Of a stretch of 64,000 bases of DNA, positions 1 through 10,800 are shown in pieces (position 1 is the stretch's first letter; every line of letters starts with the position of its first letter). The notes beneath the pieces were generated by a model. The model was not told where the DNA came from. It was given only the letters and a program-made list of their open reading frames with translations, and ran no database searches. A program made the translations under genes and the position numbers. The stretch comes from a virus: positions 1 to 64,000 of IMG/VR virus record IMGVR_UViG_3300037804_000252. One strand, 5' to 3'.

Positions 1-210
1 ACTTCCACTAGAACCACTTGAACCAGAAGACCCACTAGTACCAGTTGTACCACTTGAACCACTCGTTCCCGAAGTTCCACTTGTTCCAGAAGTTCCATCA
101 GAACCAGTTGTACCTGATGTTCCCGAGGTACCACTTGTTCCACTACTTCCACTAGAACCAGAAGAACCTCCACTACCAGTTGTACCTGCTGTACCAGATG
201 TCCCACTTGC
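1..210 (-). repeat. Collagen-like Gly-X-Y tract (GTS/GSS/GTT/GTA triplets)
   Basis: Minus-strand translation gives ...SGTSGTAGTTGSGGSSGSSGSSGTSGTSGTSGTTGSDGTSG..., continuing off the window edge. Confidence 0.85.
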
Positions 211-3200
211 AATAGTTATACTTTGTTGCTCTAATGCACCAGTTGTTGGGTCATAAGATACAATTGTTGATGAACTACCTACTGGTAAAGTTTCTACAAA
301 TGCACCACCACTGATAATTAAGTCACCTAATATATTCAAACTACCAGTTAATTCTGCCGAACCAGAGAATGGGAATCCATCACCACTACCACCTCCACCA
401 CCATTTAATGCGAATGAAGCAGTTAGAGCAAACGATGAACTTAATACACTCATTGATGCAGTTTGGTCATTTCTTACATAATCTTCAGCAGATACTGCGT
501 TTAGTGCGTATGAAGCAGATACTGCGTAAACTGAGTATGAAGAACTTTGAATACTATCCATTCCAAATGGACCATCTACATTAGATGAAGTTACATAAGA
601 TGCAGTTTCGGAAGACTCGCCTCCTCCACCACCTCCACCACCATTGAGTGCAAATGATGCAGTTACCGCATACGAAGCAGAAAGAACTGTCATCGATGCT
701 GTTTGTGAATTTCTTATAAAGTTTGATAAATCTTGAATTGCTGCGATTGAAGCAGAATCTAAACCTACAACGTTTTGTGCTAAGTCTGATACTTCAGCAC
801 TTATTGCTCTTGATGCAGAAGGAACTATTCCTATTACATTGTCACCACTGATTGCTCCACTAATTTTTGAACCACCACTACCAACAACTACTTGTCCACT
901 CGTTAAAGTACTAAACGTAATTTTTACTCTATTGTTATCTAATGATTCAATAGAAGCAGGTATTAGTTGTGCGTTAGAACCAGTTTCATAAACTTGTACA
1001 ATTGGATAATCTAAATCAAAGTTATGTATAACAGTAACTTGAGTTACATTGTCAAATGGTACAGTTGTAGTTGGTGTTGATTCTGGTACAGGAACAAATT
1101 TGTTTTTTGCACTATCAAATATTAAAATTTCTCTATCTTCGGCATCACCTTCTCCCTCATAAGGGCCTTTAAGTGAACCACTAAATAAACCACCTTCAAA
1201 TCTTGGAGCAAATACAGTATTTTCAACACTTAAATTACCACTAATAGATGCAGATGCGTTTACAACAAATCCAAAGTCAGGTGAAATTTCTGCAGTAAAT
1301 GCCCCACTCTGAAGTAGGTTGGTTTCAAATGCTAGATTTGCAATATTAATGTTTCTAAGTCCACTACCATCTCCATAAATTACACTACCACTATCAACAA
1401 TTAAGTCTCCATCTTGTACATTTAATCCTCCACTAACATTAAGTGATGCAGTAATGTCTACTTTATCAGCAGGTGTAAATATTTCTAAACCTTTGTCAGG
1501 TGATATAATTGCGAATGCAGAACCAGATGTGATTCTATCTAATTGTAAATCAGTTAAGGATTCTGCAGGAATGTTAAATAATTCAGAACCATCACCAGCA
1601 AATACTGATGCTGATAATCTGACATTAACATTCATTTCATTAGGGTCAATGATTGCTTCTGCTGAACCTGATTTAATTCTATCTAATTCTAAGTCAGTTA
1701 ACGATTCAGCAGGAATATTAAATAAACCACTACCATCACCCCTATAAAGAGATGCAGATACTGACCCACTAATATTAATAGAACCAGTAAATTCAGAACC
1801 ACTATCTTCAGATTCTACTCTAAATCCAAATACAGGTGATACCGAAGCAGTTACCGAACCACTTGATATTTTTGGTGCTGCTGCTGCTTGAACATTTTGT
1901 AGATTTGAACCATCACCAAAATATGTTGTAGCAGTCATAGAACCACTGACAAGAACCGAACCACTAAATTCAGAGGTTACTGGATTTACTCCTTCACCCT
2001 CTACCCTAAAGAATCCAGTAGGGTCAACTGATGCTGTTATTGAACCAGTAAAGATACGAGATGAATCAATTGCTAAGTTAGCAATATCAATATTTGTAAG
2101 TCCACTACCATCACCAGTATAGATACCCGTAATTTTTAGGTCTCCATCTACATCTATTGAACCAGTAAACTCAGAACCACTTACTTGAGATTCTACTCTA
2201 AATCCAAATTCTGGTGATACTGATGCAGTTACACCCCCACTTACAATCAATGGAGTATCTTGTGCTCTTTCTGCAATTACACCAGTTAGTTTAGAACCAT
2301 CTCCTACAAATTCAGTTGCAAGTATTGAACCAGTTACATTTATTGAACCAGTCGTATCAACTGAACCTGTTATTTGTTGTAGTGATTCTGTTGTAGAACC
2401 AAATGTATTACTATTTGGTGCAGATAAAGTTTGTAATGTACTTATACCTTGTACATCTAAATTATTTTGTATTTCTAGGTTTGTGTCAATATTAACTGAA
2501 CCAGTTATTTGTAGACTACCTATTATTCTAGAACCACTATCACCAGATTCAACTACAAATCCATCATCGGGTGTTACAGATGCAGTTACCGAACCAGATG
2601 CTATTCTAAATGCATCACCTGTAAATGCTGAACGAGGAATATCAAATAAATTTCTACCAGAACCACTAAAGTTACCACTAATTTCATTGGCAATTAATTT
2701 ATCTGCCTTTAATGTTTTTTCAACTGTTACATTATCACTAATATCAACTCTACCATCAAATACAATATTTGCATTAGTCGGTTCTTCACTTAATACATTA
2801 ATTTGACCACCCATTCCAGAGTGATTAATACAATAATAGTAAAGTGTTGTTGGTGTGTTAGAATCAACATCGATAATTACTCTTGAACCACTATCTCCAG
2901 CATTAATACTACCAGTATCCACACTACCAGTGTAAACATTACCACTATTGTGAGTACCATCCGATGTAATTGATAATCTTAAAGCATGTGTAGCATTATT
3001 ACTACCCGTTTGCCAAAATGTATAAGTTGAACCAACTAAGAATTGTAATGTAGGTTGTCTTTCTGAATTAATAACATATTTGTTACTACCATCAAAATCT
3101 TGAACATCTACATTTAGACTTTTAATATCTTCGAATGGTTCAAATGATGCAGATACTAATAAAGAACCAGTAGTTTTAACATTTCCACCAACATTTAGTC

Positions 3201-6200
3201 CACCACTAATAGATGCAGTAGCATTCACTTCAAATCTGAAGTCAGGTGTTAATGATGCCGTTACCGAACCTGTTGCGATTGATGCTTGTAATGGAAAATC
3301 CTCTGCATTGTCTGAAATAGGGATATCAAATAAATCTCTACCACTACCACTAAATGCTCCACTAACTTCATTTACTACAATTTTATCTCCACTAATTGTA
3401 TTTCCAAAAGAAATATTATCTTGAACATCTAAATCACCATTTAAGTCTAAATTACCTTGTATTAGTGTATTGTTATATAATTCTATTGAAGCACTTTGTA
3501 CATATTCATCTACAACATAAATTGTTCCTGCCATTTCAGCATGATTCTCACAATTATAGTAGTATGTACCTTGTGCAGATGCAGAGAAGAAAATAGAACC
3601 ACTCGTTCCACCATTATTTGTAAATGGAAGTGCGTTACCAGTTCCCGTTCCTGCTGAGGTCTTTAAGTAAAAAGGATGTCCCGATGCTGATATTTCAAAT
3701 TCGTATGCAAGATTTTTAACTAATACTAAATCTGGATTCAATCTACCATCGATTGAGTACGCAGTATTACCAACATTGTATACAAAGAAATGAGTATCTA
3801 AAGAACCCGTAGGAACTATTTGATTTGAGGCAGATACTATAAAACTACCACTTACCCTTAAATCATCTTCAAATCTACCAAATTCATTTACAATAAATCC
3901 TTCATTAGGAGAAACCGATGCTGTTACTGAACCAGATGCGATTCTTGATGCGTCTTCTGAAAGTGCAGATTGTGGAATATTAAATAATCCACTACCATCA
4001 CCTTGGAAAAGAGATGCAGAAATATAATTTTGAGTATCTATCGAACCACTAAATATAGAACGAACTGAACCTTCCGATGAAGCAACGAGAAACTCTCTAT
4101 ATTCAAATACAGAAGCACTTACCGAACCTGTTGCTATTCTTGGAGAATCATCAGATAGTGCTGCTTGTGGAATATTAAATAATCCTCGACCATCTCCACT
4201 AATTATACCATCAACATCTAGTGAATTTGTTACAAATACCGAACCTGTAAATTCTTGTCTATCTGCTAAAGTTTTTCCAAATGTGTTTGAACCTGAAGAG
4301 TAAATTATTGTAGTTTCTACATAGTTTGTATAAAGTTCATTTGATACAATTGCACCTGCTACTACTAAGTCACCATCAATTGATGCACTTGCGTTTACGG
4401 TAAATCCACTTGTTGGGTCAATTGAAGCAGAAAATGCTCCACTAATTATTCTATTTGAATCCAATGCATCTTCAGTTAGTGCATTTCTTGGAATATTGAA
4501 TAATTTTTCACCAGAACCACTAAATGCAGAACCAGATTGTACTCTAACTTCACCAAAGAAAGTAGAACCACTATCAACCGAAGTTACTACAAAACCATCA
4601 TCAGGTGATGTTGATGCAGTTACCGAACCACTAAATATTTTTGATGTATCTAAATCTGCTATGGCAGCAGCTGGTATGTTAAATAGTTTTTCACCAGAAC
4701 CACTAAATGCAGAACCAGATTGTACTCTAACTTCACCAAAGAAAGTAGAACCACTATCTATTGACTCTACAACAAAACCATCGTTTGGTGAAACTGATGC
4801 GGTTACTGAACCACTTGTTATTTCGTTTGATTCTAATGCGTCATCTGTTAATGCAGTTCTTGGTATATTGAATAATTGTTCACCACTACCACTAAAGAAC
4901 GAACCACTACTAATAGAAACTCCACCAAGTACATCAATAGAACCAGTAAATTGTGAACCACTATCTATTGACTCTACTTTGAAACCGTCTTCATTAGAAA
5001 CGGATGCAGTTACATTACCTTGTTGTATTCTCGTTGATGCTACCACTTCTTCTGCAAAAGCAGATAAAGGTATATCAAATAAATCTCTACCACTACCACT
5101 AAAGAATGATGCAGAAACTGAACCACCTGCTGTTACATCAGTACCTACTGTTGCATTTCGAGACACAAAAATAGAACCACTAAATTCAGACCTTGTTCCT
5201 AATATACCTGTTCCAAAATCTTCTACTCTAAATCCTCTATTAGGGTCTACTGATGCTGTTATAGAACCTGATGCTATAAATGATGAAATTAGTGCATCTT
5301 GTGTAAGTGCAGTTCTTGGTATATTGAATAATTTAGCACCACTACCACTAAAGTCAGAACCAGAAGTTAATCTAAGTTCTCCAGTAAATGTAGAACCACT
5401 CACTTCTGATGTTACAATGAATCCATCATTTGGGTCAACTGATGCAGTTACCGAACCAGTTGTTAATATTTTTGCTTCTGCCGCAATTGCAGCATTTATT
5501 GCTTGTTGTGTTTCATCTGAAAGTGCTGCTAGAGGAATATCGAATAACTTTTCACCACTACCACTAAATGAACTACCACTTGCAACTCTAAGTTCACCAA
5601 AGAATGTTGAACCAGTTAATGAAGTTACTACGAATCCCTCATTTGGAGAAACCGATGCAGTTACCGAACCACTTACTATAAATGAAGATAATAAAGCATC
5701 TTCAGTAAGTGCTGAACGAGGTATGTTAAATAAATCCCTACCACTACCACTAAATACCGAACCACTTTGTAGTTTAACATCTCCAATAAAAAGTGAACCA
5801 CTATCAACTGAAGTTACTACAAATCCAGTATCAGGTGAAACAGATGCGGTTACCGAACCAGATGTAATTTGATTTGTAATTAGAGCATCTTCAGTTAATG
5901 CTGAACGAGGAATATCAAAAAGTCCTTGACCACTACCACTAAATACCGATGCCGATACTCCACTTTCTACAAACAATGAAGAACTAAACTCTGCTCTATC
6001 AGTACCTTCTAATCTAAATCCAAACTCTGGACTAACTGATGCGGTTACTGAACCACTTGCTATGAAAGATGATAATAGTGCATCTTCTGTTAATGCACTT
6101 CTTGGAATATCAAATAAGTCTCTACCACTACCACTAAATACAGAACCACTATCTAATTTTACATCACCAAAGAAAAGTGAACCACTTTCAATAGAAGTAA

Positions 6201-6939
6201 CTCTAAATTGATTGTCTGCTGTCGATGCTGTAATTGCTCCACTTGCGATTAAAGAAGCATCTTCTGAAAGTGCTGATTGTGGAATATCAAATAAATCCCT
6301 ACCACTACCACTAAAGAATGATGCAGAAATTGCATTTACTTCTATATCATTTGTAACAAAGACTGAACCAGTTACATTTGCATCACCTCTAAGACCATAT
6401 GAACCAGAAATGGATACTGAACCTGTAAATTCTTGTAAATCAGTTACATCGTTTCCAAATCGATTTGAACCAGAAGAGAATACGATTGATGATGAAATAA
6501 TTTCAACAAGTATCTCTCTTGCTACAATTCTATTATCTACTAATAAATCACCAGTAATTCTAACATCACCATTAACATCCATATCTCCATCAAACGATGA
6601 TGATACGTTTACTAAAAACCCAGTATTTGGTGCGATTGATGCAGATGCAGAACCACTTCTTAATAATGAGGTATCGGGTAAATTATTTAATTCAGAACCA
6701 TCTCCTGCGAATGAACCACTAAAAGAACCCGTTAATTCTTCTAATTGGATTTTAGTTACGAAAAGTCTATTACCATCTGCGTCAGATGCTACAAGTGCAA
6801 TAGAACCAGATGACAGACTCCCACTAATAGGTACACCTAAATTAGGTTCTACCTCCGCAAGTTCTAAAAACTCGTATCTGTCAACCGAAACATCACTCGG
6901 TTTAACTACTCTAACTTTTCCACTTAATAATTGACTCAT
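1..6939 (-). CDS. Giant repeat-rich virion fibre protein (at least 2313 aa, 3' end outside window), with about 55-60 aa Ser/Gly-rich tandem repeats, two cupredoxin-like modules and a collagen-like G-X-Y tract
   Basis: Absent from the ORF track because there is no stop in the window. ATG at 6939-6937 (MSQLLSGKVRVVKPSDVSVDRYEFLELAEVEPNLG...). The same frame reads open at spot checks near 6661, 3481-3720, 2761-3060 and 1-15; not every codon was checked. Confidence 0.88.
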   Translation of the reverse strand, partial: MSQLLSGKVRVVKPSDVSVDRYEFLELAEVEPNLGVPISGSLSSGSIALVASDADGNRLFVTKIQLEELTGSFSGSFAGDGSELNNLPDTSLLRSGSASASIAPNTGFLVNVSSSFDGDMDVNGDVRITGDLLVDNRIVAREILVEIISSSIVFSSGSNRFGNDVTDLQEFTGSVSISGSYGLRGDANVTGSVFVTNDIEVNAISASFFSGSGRDLFDIPQSALSEDASLIASGAITASTADNQFRVTSIESGSLFFGDVKLDSGSVFSGSGRDLFDIPRSALTEDALLSSFIASGSVTASVSPEFGFRLEGTDRAEFSSSLFVESGVSASVFSGSGQGLFDIPRSALTEDALITNQITSGSVTASVSPDTGFVVTSVDSGSLFIGDVKLQSGSVFSGSGRDLFNIPRSALTEDALLSSFIVSGSVTASVSPNEGFVVTSLTGSTFFGELRVASGSSFSGSGEKLFDIPLAALSDETQQAINAAIAAEAKILTTGSVTASVDPNDGFIVTSEVSGSTFTGELRLTSGSDFSGSGAKLFNIPRTALTQDALISSFIASGSITASVDPNRGFRVEDFGTGILGTRSEFSGSIFVSRNATVGTDVTAGGSVSASFFSGSGRDLFDIPLSAFAEEVVASTRIQQGNVTASVSNEDGFKVESIDSGSQFTGSIDVLGGVSISSGSFFSGSGEQLFNIPRTALTDDALESNEITSGSVTASVSPNDGFVVESIDSGSTFFGEVRVQSGSAFSGSGEKLFNIPAAAIADLDTSKIFSGSVTASTSPDDGFVVTSVDSGSTFFGEVRVQSGSAFSGSGEKLFNIPRNALTEDALDSNRIISGAFSASIDPTSGFTVNASASIDGDLVVAGAIVSNELYTNYVETTIIYSSGSNTFGKTLADRQEFTGSVFVTNSLDVDGIISGDGRGLFNIPQAALSDDSPRIATGSVSASVFEYREFLVASSEGSVRSIFSGSIDTQNYISASLFQGDGSGLFNIPQSALSEDASRIASGSVTASVSPNEGFIVNEFGRFEDDLRVSGSFIVSASNQIVPTGSLDTHFFVYNVGNTAYSIDGRLNPDLVLVKNLAYEFEISASGHPFYLKTSAGTGTGNALPFTNNGGTSGSIFFSASAQGTYYYNCENHAEMAGTIYVVDEYVQSASIELYNNTLIQGNLDLNGDLDVQDNISFGNTISGDKIVVNEVSGAFSGSGRDLFDIPISDNAEDFPLQASIATGSVTASLTPDFRFEVNATASISGGLNVGGNVKTTGSLLVSASFEPFEDIKSLNVDVQDFDGSNKYVINSERQPTLQFLVGSTYTFWQTGSNNATHALRLSITSDGTHNSGNVYTGSVDTGSINAGDSGSRVIIDVDSNTPTTLYYYCINHSGMGGQINVLSEEPTNANIVFDGRVDISDNVTVEKTLKADKLIANEISGNFSGSGRNLFDIPRSAFTGDAFRIASGSVTASVTPDDGFVVESGDSGSRIIGSLQITGSVNIDTNLEIQNNLDVQGISTLQTLSAPNSNTFGSTTESLQQITGSVDTTGSINVTGSILATEFVGDGSKLTGVIAERAQDTPLIVSGGVTASVSPEFGFRVESQVSGSEFTGSIDVDGDLKITGIYTGDGSGLTNIDIANLAIDSSRIFTGSITASVDPTGFFRVEGEGVNPVTSEFSGSVLVSGSMTATTYFGDGSNLQNVQAAAAPKISSGSVTASVSPVFGFRVESEDSGSEFTGSINISGSVSASLYRGDGSGLFNIPAESLTDLELDRIKSGSAEAIIDPNEMNVNVRLSASVFAGDGSELFNIPAESLTDLQLDRITSGSAFAIISPDKGLEIFTPADKVDITASLNVSGGLNVQDGDLIVDSGSVIYGDGSGLRNINIANLAFETNLLQSGAFTAEISPDFGFVVNASASISGNLSVENTVFAPRFEGGLFSGSLKGPYEGEGDAEDREILIFDSAKNKFVPVPESTPTTTVPFDNVTQVTVIHNFDLDYPIVQVYETGSNAQLIPASIESLDNNRVKITFSTLTSGQVVVGSGGSKISGAISGDNVIGIVPSASRAISAEVSDLAQNVVGLDSASIAAIQDLSNFIRNSQTASMTVLSASYAVTASFALNGGGGGGGGESSETASYVTSSNVDGPFGMDSIQSSSYSVYAVSASYALNAVSAEDYVRNDQTASMSVLSSSFALTASFALNGGGGGSGDGFPFSGSAELTGSLNILGDLIISGGAFVETLPVGSSSTIVSYDPTTGALEQQSITIASGTSGTAGTTGSGGSSGSSGSSGTSGTSGTSGTTGSDGTSGTSGTSGTSGSSGTTGTSGSSGSSGSSGS
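1150..6760 (-). repeat. Array of about 55-60 aa repeats, consensus IxSGSVTASVSPxxGFxVxSxxSGSxFxGxVxxxSGSxFSGSGxxLFNIPxxALxED, interrupted by two cupredoxin-like modules
   Basis: Recurrent plus-strand motifs gcagttaccgaacc and ccactaccactaaa; a 72-nt identical pair at 4504-4575 and 4687-4758. Confidence 0.85.
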
Positions 6940-6964
6940 CTACCCTAGTATATAATAGTAAATA

Positions 6965-7831
6965 TTACTCATTTGCACTTTCAAGTATAGAAAGTATAAC
7001 TTTTAAGTCTGTTGACCCAGAAACTACCAACGAGAACTCCTCTTCCATAACCAACTTACCTGCGGTAATTGGTGAAAATGAGTCTCCCTTTCGTATCGGA
7101 AAGTCTTTAACTAATTCTATTTTTTCTTGTGGTGCTCTCACTGGTAAGAAGTTTGTATTTGCAATTACTTCTAGCAAATCTTCTATAATAGCAGGAGAAC
7201 CAGATTCTGCGGTTAGTGTTGTATCAAAAGACTGAGTAAATGTTGTCTGATATAATCTATCTACTTCAATAGAACCCGTAACCGATTCGTTATTTAATAT
7301 TTGTTTTGATAAAGTATTTACATAATTTATCGTGTTATATGATGCTGTTACTTGTAACAATTCTGTATCTAATCTAACACCATTTTTATCGTAATATGAT
7401 AATGCTTCTTTTTGAGTTTTTAATGTACCACCATTTTCAATATCAAATCTTACTGCAGTTAATGTCTCATCTACATATGTCTCATATTTTGATGAAGTAA
7501 ATGCAAATGGAATATCTTCTAAATTATTTAAGAAGTTTGCATAAGCCGCTGATTCTTTTTTTAAGAAAGTTCTGTTTATCTCAAGTAATTGTGATGAACT
7601 AATAAAACTACCAGTATTTTCAATATTTTCAATTTGTGGTACTGGTATTTCTCTGTTCGAATCTAATTTAATTGTAACGTTATTATTTTCAGCTACATTT
7701 TGATTAGTAATTTGTGCTGAAAGTAAAATGGTAGAAACTCCTGAAGGAGTAGTATATACTATATCTTCCTCCCCAGTTAATGAAGTTACTACTGATTTGA
7801 ATGCGTTAAGTGGTACAAATACATCTGCCAT
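6965..7831 (-). CDS. Virion structural protein containing one degenerate copy of the helical repeat found in the adjacent 4585-aa protein
   Basis: 288 aa. N-terminal and C-terminal halves of a small beta domain (VYTTPSGVSTILLSAQITN ... GKLVMEE...LKVILSILE) flank LLEINRTFLKKE...KY...DIENGG...YY...INYVNTL. Confidence 0.7.
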   Translation of the reverse strand: MADVFVPLNAFKSVVTSLTGEEDIVYTTPSGVSTILLSAQITNQNVAENNNVTIKLDSNREIPVPQIENIENTGSFISSSQLLEINRTFLKKESAAYANFLNNLEDIPFAFTSSKYETYVDETLTAVRFDIENGGTLKTQKEALSYYDKNGVRLDTELLQVTASYNTINYVNTLSKQILNNESVTGSIEVDRLYQTTFTQSFDTTLTAESGSPAIIEDLLEVIANTNFLPVRAPQEKIELVKDFPIRKGDSFSPITAGKLVMEEEFSLVVSGSTDLKVILSILESANE

Positions 7832-7843
7832 ATCTTTTTATTT

Positions 7844-10800
7844 TTAGTCTTGTAGTGCAAGTGAGAATGGTGTTACTAACGAGAACAATGAACGAGAGAA
7901 TGTTCGACCTTGTAAAGTACCTGTTGCTTGATTAATTACAAGACCAGCACCAATTCTAAAGTCACCAAGTTCATTACCCGAAGTAAAGAATACTCTACCT
8001 CCACCGATTTCGGTTATTTCTTTGTCTGGGTCTGGTATACCTGCACCACCTTGGTTAGGAGGTAATGCTTTATAAGTTACACCAGCACCTGAGTATGAGA
8101 AATCATGTCCAGTAGTAATTATCAAGGAACCAAAGTTTTCTAATGGAGAGTTCCTAACAATTCTCTGGAATTGAGTTCTCAAAAATCTATTAGCATCCGC
8201 AGTTTCATATTTTTGCTCGTTTACTACTGCGGAAGCATCACCATACACACCATTGTAGTATGATTTTGCTGCTTCGATACTTCTTTCATTTCCACCATAG
8301 AATAAATCGGTTGCGATAGCATCTAAGATGAAACCAGTATCTCTATAACATTTTTCTTCATTATAAACAAAGTTAGGGAATGCTCCATTTGTATACGAAA
8401 TTGCCTTACCTTGTAATATTTTTTTACTTGACTTTAATAAGTCAACTGATACTCTTGTATTGAATGGTGGTCTTGTTAATTGATTTTTAAGAATCACATT
8501 TTCAGAAAGACCTTTTGCAAAGTCAATACCATCAATTGTTTGAGGTTTTTGTTCAGTTATTGCGACTGAAGGTATGTAATAGTAGAATCTACCTGCTTGT
8601 AAACTTCTCTCATTACCACCATAAACCATGTCAGTTCTAACTGCGTCAATTATATATCCAACATCTCTAAAACATTTTGATTGATTATATTCAAACTCAC
8701 TCCATGATGAAGATAAGAATGTAATAACTTCTGTTTGAATTAGATTTTTATTACCAATCAATAATTCAGCACCAACAAGTGTTGCATTTGAAGGTGTTGT
8801 AAACTCAACATTTTGAATTACCTTTTGTGATAATCCTTTTGCATATCTAACTCCATCAATTGTTGGGTCTAGTTGATTTTCTTCAGAAGGAACTCCACTA
8901 TTAGTTGCTCTTGATGGATATCTCCAATAGTAACTACCTGCGGTTACACTTCTTTCATTACCACCATAGAATAAATCAGTAGCAGTAGCATCAATTAAAT
9001 GACCAACATCTCTTTTACACTTGTCTTCATCGTAGTAAACACCACTCCAAGAAGATGATACAAAAGCAATAACTTCGTTTTGAATAAACTCTTTATTATC
9101 TCTTAATAAATTCCAAGATGCCGATACCTCGTTAGAAGCAGTTACAAATTCAATATTTTGAACTAACTTTTGTGATATACCACTTGCGTATTTAATACCA
9201 TCAGTTGTTTGGTTTACTTGAGTTGTAGTTGCCTCTGATGGGTATAAATAGTAGTATTCTCCTCCAGTCCTACTTCTTTCGTTACCACCATATAAGAAAT
9301 CAGTAGCAACAGCATCTAGAATGTATCCAGTATCTCTACTACAACTTGCTTCATTATAGTCAAAATTACTCCAAGATGAAGAAATATATGCTATAACCTC
9401 ATTTTGAATAAATTCTCTATTTTCTAATAATGTTTTATTACCTGCTATTCTTTCAGAAGAAGCAGTTACAAATATATTATTTTGAACTAAGTTTTCCATC
9501 AAGTCACCAGCATACTCAATACCTGTTGTTGTTGGGTCAACTTGTGCGTTTGTTGCAGATGATGGATACTTGTAGTAGAAGTTTCCTGCATTAATACTTC
9601 TCTCATTTCCACCATAAAGAACATCAGTTGAAACTGCATCAATTATATGAGTTATATCTCTCTTACATTTTTCTTCGTTATAATCAAACGAACTCCAAGA
9701 AGATGATAAGTAAGAAATAGATTCACTTTGAATAAATTCTCTATTTTCTCTTATTAAGTTATAAGAAGATGATACTTCTAAAGATGCCGTAACGAACTCC
9801 GTGTTCTGAATTAAGTTTTGTGTAATTCTACTTGCGTAGAATATTCCATCTAATGTTTGATTTATTTGTGAACCTGTACCATTTGCTTCTGATGGGAATT
9901 CGTAATAGAATTTACCATTTACAATTGATGCAGAATAACTATTATAAACTAAGTCTTCTGCTGCTCCACTAATAATAAATCCAACATCTCGTTTACATTT
10001 CTCCTCATTGTACGATGATGTACTCCAAGAAGATGATAAGTAAGCAATTGTTTCATCTTTGATAAAGTCAATATTTTCCTTGATAATCTCGTAAGCAGCG
10101 AGAGTAGACGGGTCAGTAGAACGTACTCCATATAAACTTGCAGTTTCATATGAACCCGTTCCATTTGCGATTATCGTAGTGACTAAATCAATTGAAGATG
10201 AAACAAATGCTATATTTTCTAAACTACCACTTAACGAACCAGTAAACTGATTGTGTGTAAAGAACTTAATATTAGAATTTGTATTAAGTGTTCTTTGTGG
10301 TATTTCTAGTGTTTCTTTATTTGCTATTTTTTCTATTAAATCTTTTATGTAAACAATACCATCAACTGTTGAATCTAGTTGATAACTAATTGCTTTAGAT
10401 GGGAATCTATAATAGAATTCACCAGCAGTAATACTTCTTTGATTACCACCCCATCTTAAATCAGTTGCGATTGCGTCTACAATGAATCCAGTATCTCTAC
10501 TACAACTTTGTTCGTTGTAGACTAAGTTAGGATATTTAGCATTTATAAATGAAACTGTTTCATTTTGAATAAATTCTCTATTTTCTCTAATTGAATCATA
10601 AGTGTATTCAACTTCATTACTTGATGTTACAAAAGTAGAACCACTTACAATTTCACCAACTAAACCTTTAATATAATTTATTGCAGTTACAGTTGGGTCT
10701 TTTTGTTGGTTTTCACTTGGTATACCACCAACGATTGCTGCTGATGGGTATTTGTAGTAATATTCTGCCGCAATAATACTTCTCTGATTTCCACCATAAA

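Noticed and set aside
369-6934. Plus-strand ORFs in the track, including 458 aa at 4496-5872 and 240 aa at 6212-6934
   Set aside because: Antisense shadows of the real minus-strand repeat protein; their EPL/DAVTEP repeats are reverse-complement readings of SGS/GSVTAS codons
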